Numbered from the whole stretch's first letter, positions 1 through 13,387 are shown. The stretch: DNA of 63,557 bases, filler included, from Hyphochytrium catenoides (GCA_900088475.1; 14 parts of 14 records of this genome joined end to end with filler, not necessarily neighbours in it), one strand, 5' to 3'. The notes: generated by a model not told the origin, from the letters alone. Made by a program: numbers and translations.

Positions 1-278
1 AGAGAGAGAGAGAGAGGAAAGGAGAGAGTTAACAGAGAGACCGAGAGAGAGAGAGACCGAGAGAGAGAGAGACAGAGAGAGAGGGGACAGACAGACAGAC
101 AGACAGACAGAGAAAAAGTGAGTGAGAGAGAGACAAACAGAGAGAGAAACAGAGACAGGAAGAGAGAAGCAGACAGAGAGAGAGAGAGAGAAAGAGACAG
201 AGACAGGAAGAGAGAAGCGGAGATAAAGAAGGTGGGAGTATCAGGCCAGCATAAAAGTTTTAAGCCTTTTGCCTGTAC

Positions 279-779
279 CTGGAAATCCGAGCATATCGAG
301 GCCATTTTGGCTCTGTCTCGTAAGATTGTGACCACCGCAGAGTAATTCCTATGACGAAGCTCATGCAGAATATCTCCCGAGAAGTTTCCAGTCTGCAGAG
401 CATAGCGCAGGGGCCTACAGCGAGAGGAGCGAGAGAACTGCGTCCAGAAGAGGAACTCATGCTTCTGCATACACTCGCTCAGATCGAAGAGATGCCCACG
501 CCAGGTAAAGCCCAGCTCATCGTTATAGGAAGGAGGAAGTAACAGCTCAGACACGAGCGCATCTTCTTCTCTTCTCTCCTCGTTTGAGGGCTCAAAACGC
601 CGCAACACTGGTTGACTAGAGCTTGCTGACTCTTGGAGCTTGAGCTCCACGGATTGTCTCAGGCTGCTCCGCTGGCCCAAGCCATGTGCTGCTGACAGGC
701 CCTGTATAGCAGGACTCCGGTGCGCCACCAGCAACAGGAGCGGCCCGAGCAGGACAGAATAGATAAAGTGAGGAGCCAT
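279..779 (-). CDS. Hypothetical secreted/type-II membrane protein, first exon (gene runs off window start)
   Basis: Stop-free frame from ATG at 779 (MAPHFIYSVLLGPLLLLVAHRSPA...LGFTWRGHLFDLSEC...ICSDFQ) to a CAG|GTACAG donor at 279, followed by CT-rich intron-like sequence. The N-terminus is hydrophobic. It is missing from the ORF track, probably because the frame never closes inside the window. Confidence 0.55.
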
Positions 780-1178
780 GCCTGGTCCTCTGGCCGCTGC
801 GCTCACTGATCTCAACGACTTTGACAGAGGAAAAAGCCGTCCGGAAACTTTTCGAGCTGCTTCTGCTGCCGCGTCGGTCTCTCTGGCTCCTCTCCTTCAA
901 GAGGGAAGACTGTCTCTGAACCGCGTCGTCTGACGTCCGGCTGAGTGGCAGTTTGTGCGCCGCTTCTAAGAATCTGTTTCCTGCACCGTTCCTGTTGCAT
1001 TCCTCTTCGACAGGTCTCCCTGTTCCTCTCTGTCCCTCTCTGTCTGTCTATCTATCTGTCTCTCTCTCTCTCTTTTTCTCTCTCCCTCTCTTTCAACCTC
1101 TCTCTCCCTCTCTTTCAACCTCTCTCTCACTCTCTCTCTCTCTCTTTTTCTCTCTCCCTCTCTCTTTCTCTCTCTCTC

Positions 1179-1230
<52 letters not shown>

Positions 1231-2153
1231 CCTCTCTCTCTCTCTCTGTTCCCAACATCAGTCCTCGTGCTTGTACACACCACATACTAGCCGCTAACCG
1301 CCTTAAGCCACTGTATCACCATGGCATCTCCCCCTTCTCGATCCCCAAATTACCAATATAAACGCCTCCGTACCGCGGCCAAACCCCCCCCCCTCTTGTA
1401 CCTCTCTAGATGGCCGTTACCCGCAACAGAGGCGACTTCAACTTGAGAACTTTCTGTCCTTTCTTCCGGCGATCCATGCCCTGTCCCCATCGCCGCGCTG
1501 ACCATCAGCAGCAGCAGCAGCAGCAGCAGCACCTGTCCGCAGCAAGCAGCGCTGACCATAAGCTCCACTATAGCAGGTCATTGCCCCTGGATTTCTTGTC
1601 TTGTCGACGTCAGGCTTCTTCCTGAGCTCTAGCAACTGACAGGCAACTGGGCGTAGACCAAAAGATCCAGGACGACGGACGAAGAAGGTTATGGCCCGGC
1701 ATCTGCTGAATGAACCGTAGGCTAGCCCTCTCTCGGCTCTCGGTGTTTCAAATCTTGGTCGCTATCATTTATCTCGCTCCCCTCAATCCCTCACAGCTAA
1801 CTGACGTACTCTCATGGAGCTTTTAGCTTGCCTTGGGACAGCCCCAGAAAGGAAAATATGTTCTTGATGCGCCTAAAGTGGGTGCGCTCAATGTCTGACA
1901 AAATATATCGAAGGGAACTATATATATCACACTTCGAGGTGGAGCGACGGACTATAAACCACAGATAGAGGCGGACACTAGGTACAGGCGGACAAAGATA
2001 AAGGTGGACACTAGACAACAGGGTCTACCAGGGGGTTTGGAGTCAATGGAGGCATAACGCACTGTGTGACGGCCTTTATTGTTAGGCAATAAATGAAGAC
2101 GCCTTTAAATAGAATGGCTCAGCAGCTCTGCAGGTCTCACTGCGTAGAGTTCG

Positions 2154-5100
2154 TCATATGTAGTGCGACACCTTCAGGTTCTCGGCCAGCTGAGACAACC
2201 TGCCCCTGTCTCCCACAGACGAGTCAGTCGTAGGCGGCGGAGTGACGCTTTCCTCTCCAAAATCGCCTTCGTGCTGATCCACCAACACGCCAAAGGCGCG
2301 CTGGGATTGTTCAAAATGCTCATGAGAGAATGGAAGAGGGACCTCGTCGACTGCCCGGAACTTCCCGCAATTTGACAGATGCTCGTTCTCCACCCGATAC
2401 AAGTTCCACTGCGCGCGACGGAGAACCTGCCATCCAGTTGTAGAGTCAGATGACAGCAACCAGAATCATACGTGTCAGCCCAGCCCAGTCAGTCCAACGA
2501 ATCGGAAAGAGATAAAGGAAGAGAACAAGAAACATTACTAGAGAGAGAGGACAGACCAACAGAAAGATCAGTAGGTAAAGGTAACATCAGACTCAGCAAA
2601 CGATCGGCGACGAACAAGGAGCAGCGGGATAACCAGCAAAATCGAGACAGAAAAGCGAGAGAGAGAGAGAGAGGGAAGGTTGCTGTCAGCTGTAGGCAGG
2701 AGAATGCGCAAAGAGACCATCGCGGGCTAAACAACCTCACGAGGTCAGGTCAGCATGACAAATCAAAGACGGACGAAGACCTTAGACCCACCTCAAAAAG
2801 TCCAATAATAAAGACGCCAAACTGCATCTTGATAAAGTCGTCGAGCAACAGAGGTGAGATGGAAATGGTCTGTGGACAAAAGAATGCGACGTAAGGAGCA
2901 AGAAAAGGAAATGGTTGGTGGAGAGCGAGAAAGAGACAGAGAGGGGGAAAGAGAGACCGGATAGACAAGGACGAAGACGAAACAAGAGGGAAGGCAGAGG
3001 AAGGAAGATCGCGGAGAAAAAGTGCCAGATGAGAGGATAAGCAGAGGGTAACGACAGCTGGGATAGAGCGCGCCAACGGAGAGACGAAACATCCGGAAAC
3101 TGGGAAAGACGCTTGACAATGAAGGAGAAGGGATAAACAGAAAAGCCAAGGAGGGAGCAGTGCTGCGAAAGATTGAGGAAAAGACAAGGGATGGGATCTA
3201 CGGATGTTGGAGGATGAGAGATGTGGTCCTACCCAGCTAATCCTAAGGACAAAGTTAGAGACAATGGCGAAGTAATATCTCCATTTCCCATGGTACATAA
3301 GCTCCTGACGGAGCAGGAAGTTGTCACAGTGTGGAGACAGCTGCTGAAAGAGCCCTAAGGAAGTGCATGACGGTAAGTGCCCGGCAAAGGAGCCCATCAT
3401 CGCACAGAGCCCATCATTCAGACACCGATTCATGGAAAGACAGAGTAACCGAGGAATCTCGATTGGATCAAGAAAAAAAAAAGAGAGACAACGAAACGAA
3501 AGAGAGTGAAAAGATAAAGTGAAGCTTTCTCTGAGTGAGAGAGAGAGATAGAGAGAGAGAGAGGTTCCCCATAGAATGGATAGAAGTGCGCAGAGTTAAT
3601 AGATATTCTAGAAAGAGAAAGAGACGAGCAGTGGTCCTTACGTACCCCAGTCGCAGATCACATCCCAGGTGTAGGAGTACAGGCTGCTTATACATGAGAA
3701 GATGATGAAGAGCCACATCGGCCCATACACGTTCACCACAATGACGACAATCGACGTCACGTACTTGCCTACCGGCAAGACAAAGCAGAACACAAAGAAT
3801 AAGTCAGACCTTATGCAAGGAGAGGCACTCTCTTTAGCCACAATGCTGCTTTTCAAGTCCGACGTCAGCGACTAGGAAACGATCAGTAAAGCTTGACAGA
3901 GCAAGTTTCCTGTCGACCTTGGGACACCGTCTTGCAGCGGTGGCACTTGCAGGGAGGAAGAGGAAAGGGCCGTGAACGGCGTGTGCAGCGACGCGGCGCG
4001 GCACTCTTACCAGCATTTATAAGGACCCTCGTTTCTGCGCTATCGTAATATCTGTGCAGACATTGCACCAGTCTGATGACATATGGAAACATGAACGTCC
4101 ATACTCTCGCGCTGTTTGCGGCGCTGGGGCAAGACGATCCTTGGCTCTGAAACCCACCGATAGATAGTAGCGTGACAGAATGGTCAATGTCAACTCCACG
4201 ACATGACATGGACAGCTATTGGACGAGCCCCACAAGCAAAAGAACAGAGAAGAGTGCGATGTAACTAGAGAATTCAAGGAAAATATACATCAGAGAACGG
4301 GATCCGGTCGCAAACTAGACAAGACTACGAGGGCCCAGAAGAAGGACGCTAAGAGAGGTATTAAGACCGATAAAGGTAATGAAAAAGGTGAAATGTCTGA
4401 CCATCAAGCAAGTGGCAAAGAAGGTGGACAAGAGAGAAGCATGACGTACATTTACAAAGGCACCGGTGAAAAGAAAGCAGCACATGTAAGCAAAATCATT
4501 CAGCGCGCGGGTCTGGCTACAGAGCTGATCCGCAAGCCAGAAGTCTCTAAAGTAGACAGGAGCCAGCGGGCGGAAAAACAATTTGCCAAGCAATCCGACC
4601 ACGACACTGCACAGCGCACCAGAAAGTAGTGAGTGGCGATGCTAGACATCACTTACGAAGAGCAGTGAGGCTAGAGATTAGAATTAGATAGAGTTAATCG
4701 ACATTGCGCCGGGCCAAGGTCAGAGAAGATGACAGTGCGAGGGTTCAAGAGGCACTGATACAAGGTCGTCGAACTTACTATCTGGCGTTCCTGTACCAAA
4801 TATTCAACGGCAAGAGCAGCATGGCAATGAGGATCAGCAGCAGCACGCCTGCTATCGTGGCCTTATCCACCTGGAGCACAGTCCAGAAGATCTTGGAGTG
4901 CCTGGCAAGCTGCTGAATATCCTGGTAGGCAATCTCCACCACTCGAACCAGCTCTATTGCGAAGAAGAGCATGACTAGCGCAAGAACACCAAAGAAAATC
5001 CTGGAACAGATGACGAGAGACGTACGCAGTGAGGCCCGGTCAAAGTCTAATAGCTCGCAAATTCACAGCAGCAGCCGGGTTTCACTGAGCTCGGCGATGC

Positions 5101-7252
5101 TCTAATCGTTATACTTTCTCTAAAGTTAAGTGCCCGCCTCTTCAACATCGCGCCTCGCCCCGACTTATTTGTCTCGTGAACTGGTTAAGGAAAGTGTTCG
5201 CAACAGTCCGTACCTATACACTTGCAATGGTCCCACATAGGGTCTGGAGCTGCCATCGTACTGGAAGATGAACCGATAGTTGATGCGTGCCTTCTCCCAC
5301 TGGGCACAGTTCCAGCCAAAGAGTCCAATCGCCATCACGATTAGAAAGAGCCCACGATAGATGGGCCACTCGATAAAGAGCCCCTCAAAGGCAGCCGCGT
5401 CTGGTGGGTTGGCCTGGTCGCCGGGACAAGAAGCGTGAGCCAGCGAAGATTATAAGAAAAAGGGTCGCCGCTACTTGCAATGGAAACTGAAGGAACACCG
5501 CAGAGGATAATGACATTGCAGAGACACAACCGTCTGTTGACGCGAGAGAAAATCTTTAGAGAAAAAATGCATGGAGACGTCCAGCAGAATAACAGAGTGG
5601 ATACCAAAAAAACTGCAGCTGCAGGTGGGAGAGACCGTGCGCTTACAATGGATAAATCCACAATTGCAATGCCCAGAACAATGCAGATGCCGGCATAGAG
5701 TCCGATATAAAAGTTGTTTATCCCACTGCGCCGCTCACTCTCTGCATCTTTTGGCCCATCACGGAGCTCAACCATTGCCTTCTCCCGCTGCCCTCTGGTC
5801 GACCGCAGACGAGCGAAGATAGAACGTTATCTGCCTTCTCAATGTCTCAAATCATAGGACTAGACATCGCAGCCGACGGACCCTTCAAGAAGATACAAGA
5901 TGCCGCTAAAGACAGTTGCGGTAGTCACATCAAGCCAACCAACGGGGTATTCCCAAACCGGAAAGATATAACACTGCTGGGCTTTCCTTCATACCCGTAG
6001 AAAGTCTGTGCATAGAGCTGCTCTGTGTCCTGGATGAGCAGCAACAGATTTTCACGCTGTGAAAACGTCTGTCGCTCGACATGGCTCAAGTACAGCGCTT
6101 GGCTCTTCCACCCGCATACCTTAATTGGGGGTAAACCACGGTCAGCGTCAATAGTAGATCAAGAGGGAGCTGGCAGACGAATGTAAGAGCCTGACGAAGT
6201 ACAAAGAACTAGTGAATGGAGACAATATCTCAGGGTAGAGATGAATGGGAATGCCTGGGTCAGGGACGTTACCTTGTCATGCTTTTTGAGGATCTTCACA
6301 AAGGCGGTGTAGTTGTTAACAGCAAAGTTGTTTAGAAGCCCTAGTCCACGATAATACTCTAGCAGTGCATGTCGGATCTGCCGCTCTGCGCCACTGATTT
6401 GCACGAGACCAAGCCCGTGCGTGGACTTGACATTCGGATTCTCCTGGAAGTGAAGAATCTGCTGTCGTATCTCCGCGAGACGTCCCTGGGGGTTGAAGAG
6501 CCAACAATAAGACAAGGCCAGGAGAACAGATGTGATGCTCAAGGAAGGAAAACCGCTTTGACTAAGGAAGATAAAGCTCTATTAAGACACAAAGATTAAG
6601 GAAGATAGAAGCGAAGTCCGACGAAGACAGAGAAGAACAAACGATAGAGCACCACACGCCGCTCCGTCAGAGCTTTATACTGAAGGACCAAAAAGGGTTC
6701 AGAGATACGTACCGCAAACTCTGCCTCTCTGTTTTTGAAGAAAGTGTTTATCTTGCGAACCCACTTGTCCAGCGTTAGATAAAACTTCTCCTCCTCCTTC
6801 GCCGCTGGCGCTGTATCTTTAATGAACGACTCCGGATAGCCGTCTTCCTGCTCCATCACAGTCAGATACCCGATCGGGGCTGTGCTGCTCCCTTCCCCAT
6901 CCTCCGCTCTCTCTCTCCATCCCATGACCGTCGGTCGCCGTCGGGTGAGAGTAGAGGAAGAAGGAGGTGCAGCAAACGTGGCGTTCCGCGCAGCTTCGGC
7001 CTCCGCGACCTCGAGGCCGCGGTAGTTGCTGTCAGGCTGTGACGGAGTTACAGCTGCTGGACGGATACTAATTCGGCGTCATCGAAGGCAGGACGGGAGG
7101 AGAAGTAACAGATGTGAGAAGGAGAAGGGACGTTGGGCAAGTAATGAACAACTCTACCTTCGGTCTTCGAGGTTCCGCCGCTTGATTGCTTTGATCAGCT
7201 TCTTCAGCGGTTTATAAGGCAGATAAAACGCCTTCCACTCCGGAACCAAGTT
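2154..7252 (-). CDS. XPR1: SPX-EXS domain phosphate exporter (XPR1/SYG1/PHO1 family), multi-exon, 5'-truncated
   Basis: SPX motifs [21 protein letters not shown] (7252-7158), [10 protein letters not shown] and [32 protein letters not shown] motifs [43 protein letters not shown] and [31 protein letters not shown]. The 5' introns I checked are GT-AG and in phase; TGA stop at 2154-2156. Confidence 0.95.
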
Positions 7253-7316
7253 CTGTGTCCATCAGAGTCGTGAGTGAAGCGCGAGAAGAGGGGGAGGATA
7301 TGTAGAGGAAGAAGAA

Positions 7317-7416
7317 NNNNNNNNNNNNNNNNNNNNNNNNNNNNNNNNNNNNNNNNNNNNTTAATTAATTAANNNNNNNNNNNNNNNNNNNNNNNNNNNN
7401 NNNNNNNNNNNNNNNN
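7317..7416. other. Artificial contig linker N44-TTAATTAATTAA-N44 (one of 13)
   Basis: Identical 100-nt spacers with stops in all frames at 7317-7416, 12165-12264, 16014-16113, 20406-20505, 32333-32432, 40049-40148, 41994-42093, 44453-44552, 46227-46326, 56752-56851, 58543-58642, 60825-60924 and 62004-62103. Confidence 0.98.
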
Positions 7417-7429
7417 TTTCTGTGCTCAA

Positions 7430-7469
<40 letters not shown>

Positions 7470-7507
7470 CTTTTTTTTCTCTCTCTCTCTCTCTCTCTCT
7501 CTTTCAG

Positions 7508-7825
7508 GAGAGAGAAGCACCGCGCCATCGACCGGCGGCGGCACCAGTCCATGTCAAAGTCTTATCAGCGGATAGAGAACTCTCTTCAGATGGACAGCGT
7601 AGAGTTCCGCCCAGACTACGCGTCCATCCTCCAGGCCGCCACGGGATATATAGAGAAACTGGTGAACGACCTGAAAAAGTCTAAAGAAGAGAACAAGGCG
7701 CTGAGAGCAACCTCACAGCAAATTGAAGGTAAGGAAGAGAGAGAGAGAGAGAGAACGAGAGAGAGAGAAAGNNNNNNNNNNNNNNNNNNNNNNNNNNNNN
7801 NNNNNNNNNNNNNNNNNNGAGAGAA

Positions 7826-7856
<31 letters not shown>

Positions 7857-9343
7857 AGGGGTTGACATTTGTGAGGTGCAAGGAAGAAGACAAGGACACT
7901 TTCAGAGCTCCATGGAGAGATTGAAGTGGGAAACAGGAGGACAGAAAGACAGAAGAGAAGGGGGGAGAGAGATACAAAAAGGACAGAGAGAGAGAGAGAG
8001 AGAAGAAAGGGGACAGGAAGAGATCAACTGGAGTCAAAAATAGCACCACGCCGTTAAGAGACATGAGAATATTAACTTCCCCCCTCTCTGCCCCACTCTC
8101 TCTCTCTCTCTTTCTCTCACTAACAGAAGATTTGTCCACAAAGTACTCTCGGCCAGCGATGCACCCGCGTCCTGCTCCTCTTCCTCGGTATGGCGCGTAC
8201 GGGAGAGAAGACTATCCTCCTCCCAGAGCTGTTCCCTATGGCGCTGCACCTTCTCTCTCTTCCTCTCCCTGGGGACACTCTCCTCCTCCTCCTTACGCTT
8301 ACGTGGGGAAGAGAGAGAGACAACCCACTTCTTCTTCTTCTTCTCCTTTTCACCCTCCCGCTCGTGGGATCCCTCTTCCTCTGGAACCAGGAAATGGGGA
8401 AGAAGGAAGAAGAGAGAGAGAAAGAGGAGCTGTTCCTCCTCTTCCTGCTTCCTCTCCTTACTACCGGCCGCCTCTCTCTCTTCCGCCTCGTGGAGAAGAA
8501 ATGGGCTATCTCTCTTCTTCCTCTTCTTCTTCGTCGTTTAGAGGAGGGAGACTTGCCCCTTCGGCTGTTTCTCTCTCTTCCTCTGCTTCTCTCCCCTATG
8601 GAGCAGGAGTAAGAGTAGTGGTTAGTGCTTCTCAATCATCCTCTCTCTCTCCTTCTCTCTCTCCTTCTCTCTCTCCTTCTCCCTACATCGACTCTGCTGT
8701 TTTCGAGAGAGAGAGACGGATCCCAGGACAAGAGAGAGAGGGCTTTCCGCCTGTCTCGGTGCCACTGGGAGAGACAGCAGGGATGTATCCACCCGCAGGT
8801 ATAAGAGGAAGAGAAGGATACTATCCCGCGGCTGTCTCTTCTTTCTCTCCTTATCCTCCCTCTTCTTCTCTCTCTCCTTATCGTCATCCCCCCGTTGGGA
8901 GAGAGAGAGAGGAAGTTGTTCTTCCTCGTGGGATGGTCACAGCAACAGTTCCTCCTATCTTCCACGAGCAGTATCGAGGGAGAGAGAGAGTAATAGAAAC
9001 ACCATCGCCATCTCTCTCCCTCTCTTCAGGGTATACCACGCTAGGCCCTCCCTCTCTCTCTTCGGAAGGAGGATACTATCCTTCGCCGTCTCCCTCTCTT
9101 CTCTCTTCTTCACAGGGAGAGTATGCCGCACGTCCACCGCCAGCAGGACAAGAGAGAGAGAGAAAATACTATTCACCTTCTCTCTCTTCTTCTTCCTCTC
9201 CTTTCTACGACGGACCTCCCGCTTATCCACAAAGACCAGGAAATCATTCTCTCTCTCTTCCGGAAGAAAGAGTTGGAACGGGGATAATGCGAACATCAGG
9301 AGGAGGAAGAGGAGAAGTCCCGTTTGAGAGGTTTACATCGTGA
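7508..9343 (+). CDS. bHLH-leucine zipper transcription factor with Pro/Ser-rich C-terminus (5'-truncated)
   Basis: Exon 7508-7728 reads REKHRAIDRRRHQSMSKSYQRIENSL...DYASILQAATGYIEKLVNDLKKSKEENKALR, a Myc/Max-like basic-HLH-zipper pattern. It splices in phase (G|AA) to exon 8127-9343, which ends in TGA. Confidence 0.8.
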
Positions 9344-9992
9344 GAGAGAGAGGAAATCTGCTTCAATTCCTTTCCGTCTCTTAATGTCCTGTTCTCTCTT
9401 TATTTCTTTTTTTTTTCTCTCTCTCTCCTCTCTCTCTGCGGAGGATGTACCTTAGTAGGATTGTATTAGTATGGGCCAAACCACAAAGGAAAAAAGAAGG
9501 AGAGAGATGTGGGCGCATCCTACATGTCGCGAGTGTTTCTCTCTCTATCTCTCTATCTCTCTCTCTCTCCAAATGTACAGAATAATGAACTTTCTTCTAT
9601 GCACAGGAGCAGTTATGCAAGATTTGGATTATTCTTCAGATTAGTGCGCGCGCAGGGGAGAGAGAGAGAAAAGAAAGAAACAGAAGGCGCAAAGAGAGAA
9701 AGAGAAGAGAAAAAACGGAAGGAGAGAGATGCTCATTGTAAAACATGAAAAGAGTAAGCTGCCGCTGAGACAAAAGAGAGCACAAGAGAGACCAACAAGA
9801 TGAAAGGGAAACGAATAAGAAGAGAGAGTGGGAAGGCAATGCAAATTAGGTGAGACGTCCCGCCGCACCAGAAGAAAAAGACGGAATTCATCATCAGAGA
9901 GATTAAAAGAGAGACTAGAAGAAGAAGGGGAGAGAGAGAGAGAGAGAAGAGCCAGCGACAGAGAACAAAGAAAGGCGAGAGAGACAGAAAGA

Positions 9993-10040
<48 letters not shown>

Positions 10041-10218
10041 GAAAGACGATTGTGCATAAGTTTGAACTGAAAGGGGAGGCGGAATAAAAATAAGTTGACA
10101 CACGGATGGGCCATCATCGCATCTGCTCATCCGCGTTCTCTCTCCCTCGCTCTCTCTCTCTTCCGCCGGCTGCCAGCTTCTTTAGCGGCGCTTTCCACTT
10201 CTGGACACTCTCTCTTCC

Positions 10219-10254
<36 letters not shown>

Positions 10255-10445
10255 GTCTCTCTCTGTGGGGAATAGCTCCAGCTTGTGCTCCGTTCCCGAT
10301 GTCTTCTTTCAAGGTCTCTGGCCTTTTCCGAATCGAGAGCTTTGTCGGAAAAGGTTGAAACTTTTAACCGCATTGACTCTCTCTCTCTTCGATTCTTCTC
10401 CTTCTCCCTCGCTTTTTTCTTCCTCCTCCCTTTTGTCTATGCTGA

Positions 10446-10492
<47 letters not shown>

Positions 10493-11369
10493 TGTGTCCT
10501 CTCGAATTCTCTCTTCCTTTTTCTCTCTCTCTCTTGTTTCCTTCTTCTTCCTCTCTCACATCAGGTCAGTCTTTCCTCTCTGTCTCTTTGGAAGGTCAGC
10601 TTCCTCTGCGCTGCCTGCCATTAACTTAGGGAAAATATCCGCTCTCCCCTCTCTCCCTTTCTCTTCCTCTGTCGTTTATCTCTATCTCTCTTTCCCTCTC
10701 TCTCTTTCCGTCTCTCCTGTCTGTCTTTAATCTCTTTCTCTCCTTTCTCTCTCTCTTTCCCTCTCTCATTCTCTCCTTCCCTCTCTTCTCTCATCTTCCC
10801 TCCCTTCTTACCTTCCTCTCATTGTCTTTCTCTGTCTCCGTTTCTCTCTTTCTCTCTCTCTCTCTTGCTAGCTTAACAATGGCTGAGCTCTCACCCGCCT
10901 GTCAAGGGCAGCGTCGATCACGCTGTAAGAGCGGCGAGAGAGAGAGAGAGAGATTAGTGGGATCCCCAACAGACAGCTAACGAGCCAGGAAGAAGGAAGA
11001 GACGCAACATGAGAGAGAAGCATGGAAGAGAGAGCAGCACAATGAGAAAATGAGGGAAAGAGAGAGACACAGCAGGCAAACGAGATTGTGAGGGACAGAG
11101 AGAGAAAAGGAGCGAGAGACAGAGAAACAAAGAGAGAGTGTGAAGAGAAGGAAGAGACAAGTGAGAGAAAGACAGAGAGAGAGAGAGAAAGAGAGAAAGA
11201 GAGAAATCGAAGAGAGAGAGCGCGAGAGAGAGTGTGTGTGTGAGAGAGAGAGAGTCAGAGAAAGAGAGAGAGAGAGGGAGAGAGAGAGTCAGAGAAAGAG
11301 AGAGAGAGAGAGAGAGACAGAGACAGAGAGATGGTGTGAGAGAGAGTGAGTGAAGAAAGAGAGACAGAG

Positions 11370-12164
11370 CAACAACAGCAGTCGGGAGCCCTTCCCAAGT
11401 ACTGTAGAAGTCACAAGGCGGCTTTTTTTGGCTCTTCTTCTTTACAGACGGCGTCTCTCACGGCAGCCCTTCTAAGGCGTCCTCTTCAAGAATTTGAACT
11501 GGATTGTGTTCGGGAGCTCCTTGCTAAACACAACCTAGAAACTCAAAGCAACCGGTCACCTGTTACCCTCACACACATCGACAATATACAGAAAGTGCTT
11601 TCGACGGATGTGTGGCGGACTCTCAAAAGCCAATTGCTAACTGAGTTTTCAGTTAGGAATAAGGCACGTTTATTGGCTGTGGGGATGAGTCATGCTGGTG
11701 CCTTTATTCTCGCTCGCCCCATCCCTGGACTACATCAGAGGGTGCAGCAGGACTCCAGACGACTCTTCCGGATTATGCTCCTCAGGTACCTGGGCATGCC
11801 TCTCCTGGATCAAGTCGACGTTTGTAGACTTTGCCAAGCTCCGTTCGATATCTGTTGTGGTGATCATGCCATGGTTTGTAGAGCTGGAAGAGACAAATGC
11901 GTTCGCCATCATGATGGTTTACGCAATGTCCTGGTAGAGATTGCAAGATCTGCAGCCATGGTAGCCCGACCGGAGCCCCCTGATCGCGTTCTCGCTAACG
12001 GGAGACGCCCTGGAGACCTAACGATTGAGGGCTATGAGCCTGGCAAGTCCTCAACATGCTTTGTTGATGTAACCATCCGAGAGTCGTTGCAGCACACCTA
12101 CATTCTTCATGCAGCTCTCCAGCCTGGTTACGTTGCTAGTCTAGCACATAACGCCAAACTTGCC
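11370..12164 (+). mobile_element. CRE-clade non-LTR retrotransposon fragment (RT thumb region, CCHC zinc knuckle, restriction-like endonuclease)
   Basis: Stop-free, intronless frame with ARLLAVGMSHAGAFILARP...LRYLGMP, CRLC...GDHAMVC, RHHDGLR, RRPGDL, FVDVTI and AHNAK. This motif order is typical of CRE/Cnl1/MoTeR-type RLE elements. Cut by the contig end. Confidence 0.85.
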
Positions 12165-13007
12165 NNNNNNNNNNNNNNNNNNNNNNNNNNNNNNNNNNNN
12201 NNNNNNNNTTAATTAATTAANNNNNNNNNNNNNNNNNNNNNNNNNNNNNNNNNNNNNNNNNNNNAGAGAGAGAGAGAGGGAGAGAGCGAGAGAGAGAGAG
12301 AGAGAGAGGAGATTGGTAGATACAGGTGAAAGTAAGATAAGGAGAGGGAGAAGAGGAAGAAAGAAAGAGAATGTGTGTGTGAGGGAGACAGAGAGGGGGA
12401 AGATGGGATAAGCCGCTGTGGGGGTTGTCGACAGATTGCACTCTCTCTGAGAGCGCCACAGAGTAGGGGGAGGGAGAGAGAGAGAGAGAGAGAGAGAGAT
12501 AAAAAGAGGAGTGACAGATAGACAGAAAATCGGCAAGGGGGAGGAGGGAGCGCCGTCTCTGAACTATATAGGCAAGAGAGACATGAAGGAAAGAAAAAGA
12601 GAGAGAGAGAGAGAGAGAGAGACAGGCGAGAACACACAGGAGAGAAACACAGGAAAGGAACCTACCAATTGATCCTTCGGTTAGTCTCCCCAGCCTTGGA
12701 TTCTCTCTCCCTCCGCTGTCACAGTAAGGGAAAGACTTCAGGAAGAAGACCAAGAGAGAGAGAAAAGACAGAGCTAACGCTCCTCCCCCTACAACTCCTA
12801 CAGCTTTGCGCTGGAGAGGAGAGAGAGAAGAAAAGAATCCCTTCTCTGGGGAAAGTGGGCAAGGATGGAGAGAGAATGAGTAGAGAAAGAGAGAGAGAGA
12901 GAGAGAGAAATAGAGACGGAGAGCAGATATTTACGAAACAGAGAGAAAGTTCGTTAGCAAGAGTTCGTAAGAGCACGCACAGAGAGAGAGAGAGAGAGAG
13001 AGGAAAG

Positions 13008-13041
<34 letters not shown>

Positions 13042-13387
13042 AATAGAGAGAGAGAGACTAGCTCTCTCTCCTTCAGCAAGGAATATCGAAAGAGCCGTGA
13101 TAAGAGCTCTGTCCAGAAGAGACAGGGACGCACAATGATACTTATTACGAAAAAAAAGAGTAAGAGAGAGAGAGAGAAGTTTTACCGAGGGAGAAGGGAG
13201 GGACACTCGAGGGGAACAGAGTCCAGGGATAGGAAAGAACGGGGGAAAGTGGAGCGGTGGCGAAGGAAAGAGAGAGAGAGATGGGACGAAGCCAAAAGAG
13301 AGGAAAAGAAAGAGAGAACAACCAGGAAACGAAGGAGAGAAAAATGGGGGAGAGAGAGAGAGTGACAAAAGAGAGAAAGAGGCTTAC

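Noticed and set aside
1410-1625. PolyQ ORF
   Set aside because: It is a short CAG repeat with no recognisable domain, and I could not link it to other exons.
7361-7372. Recurrent palindrome TTAATTAATTAA as a biological motif
   Set aside because: It is always centred in a 100-nt N spacer, so it is an assembly concatenation linker.
2154-9343. Phosphate-regulon cluster (SPX-EXS next to a Pho4-like bHLH)
   Set aside because: The two genes are on different contigs separated by an artificial linker.
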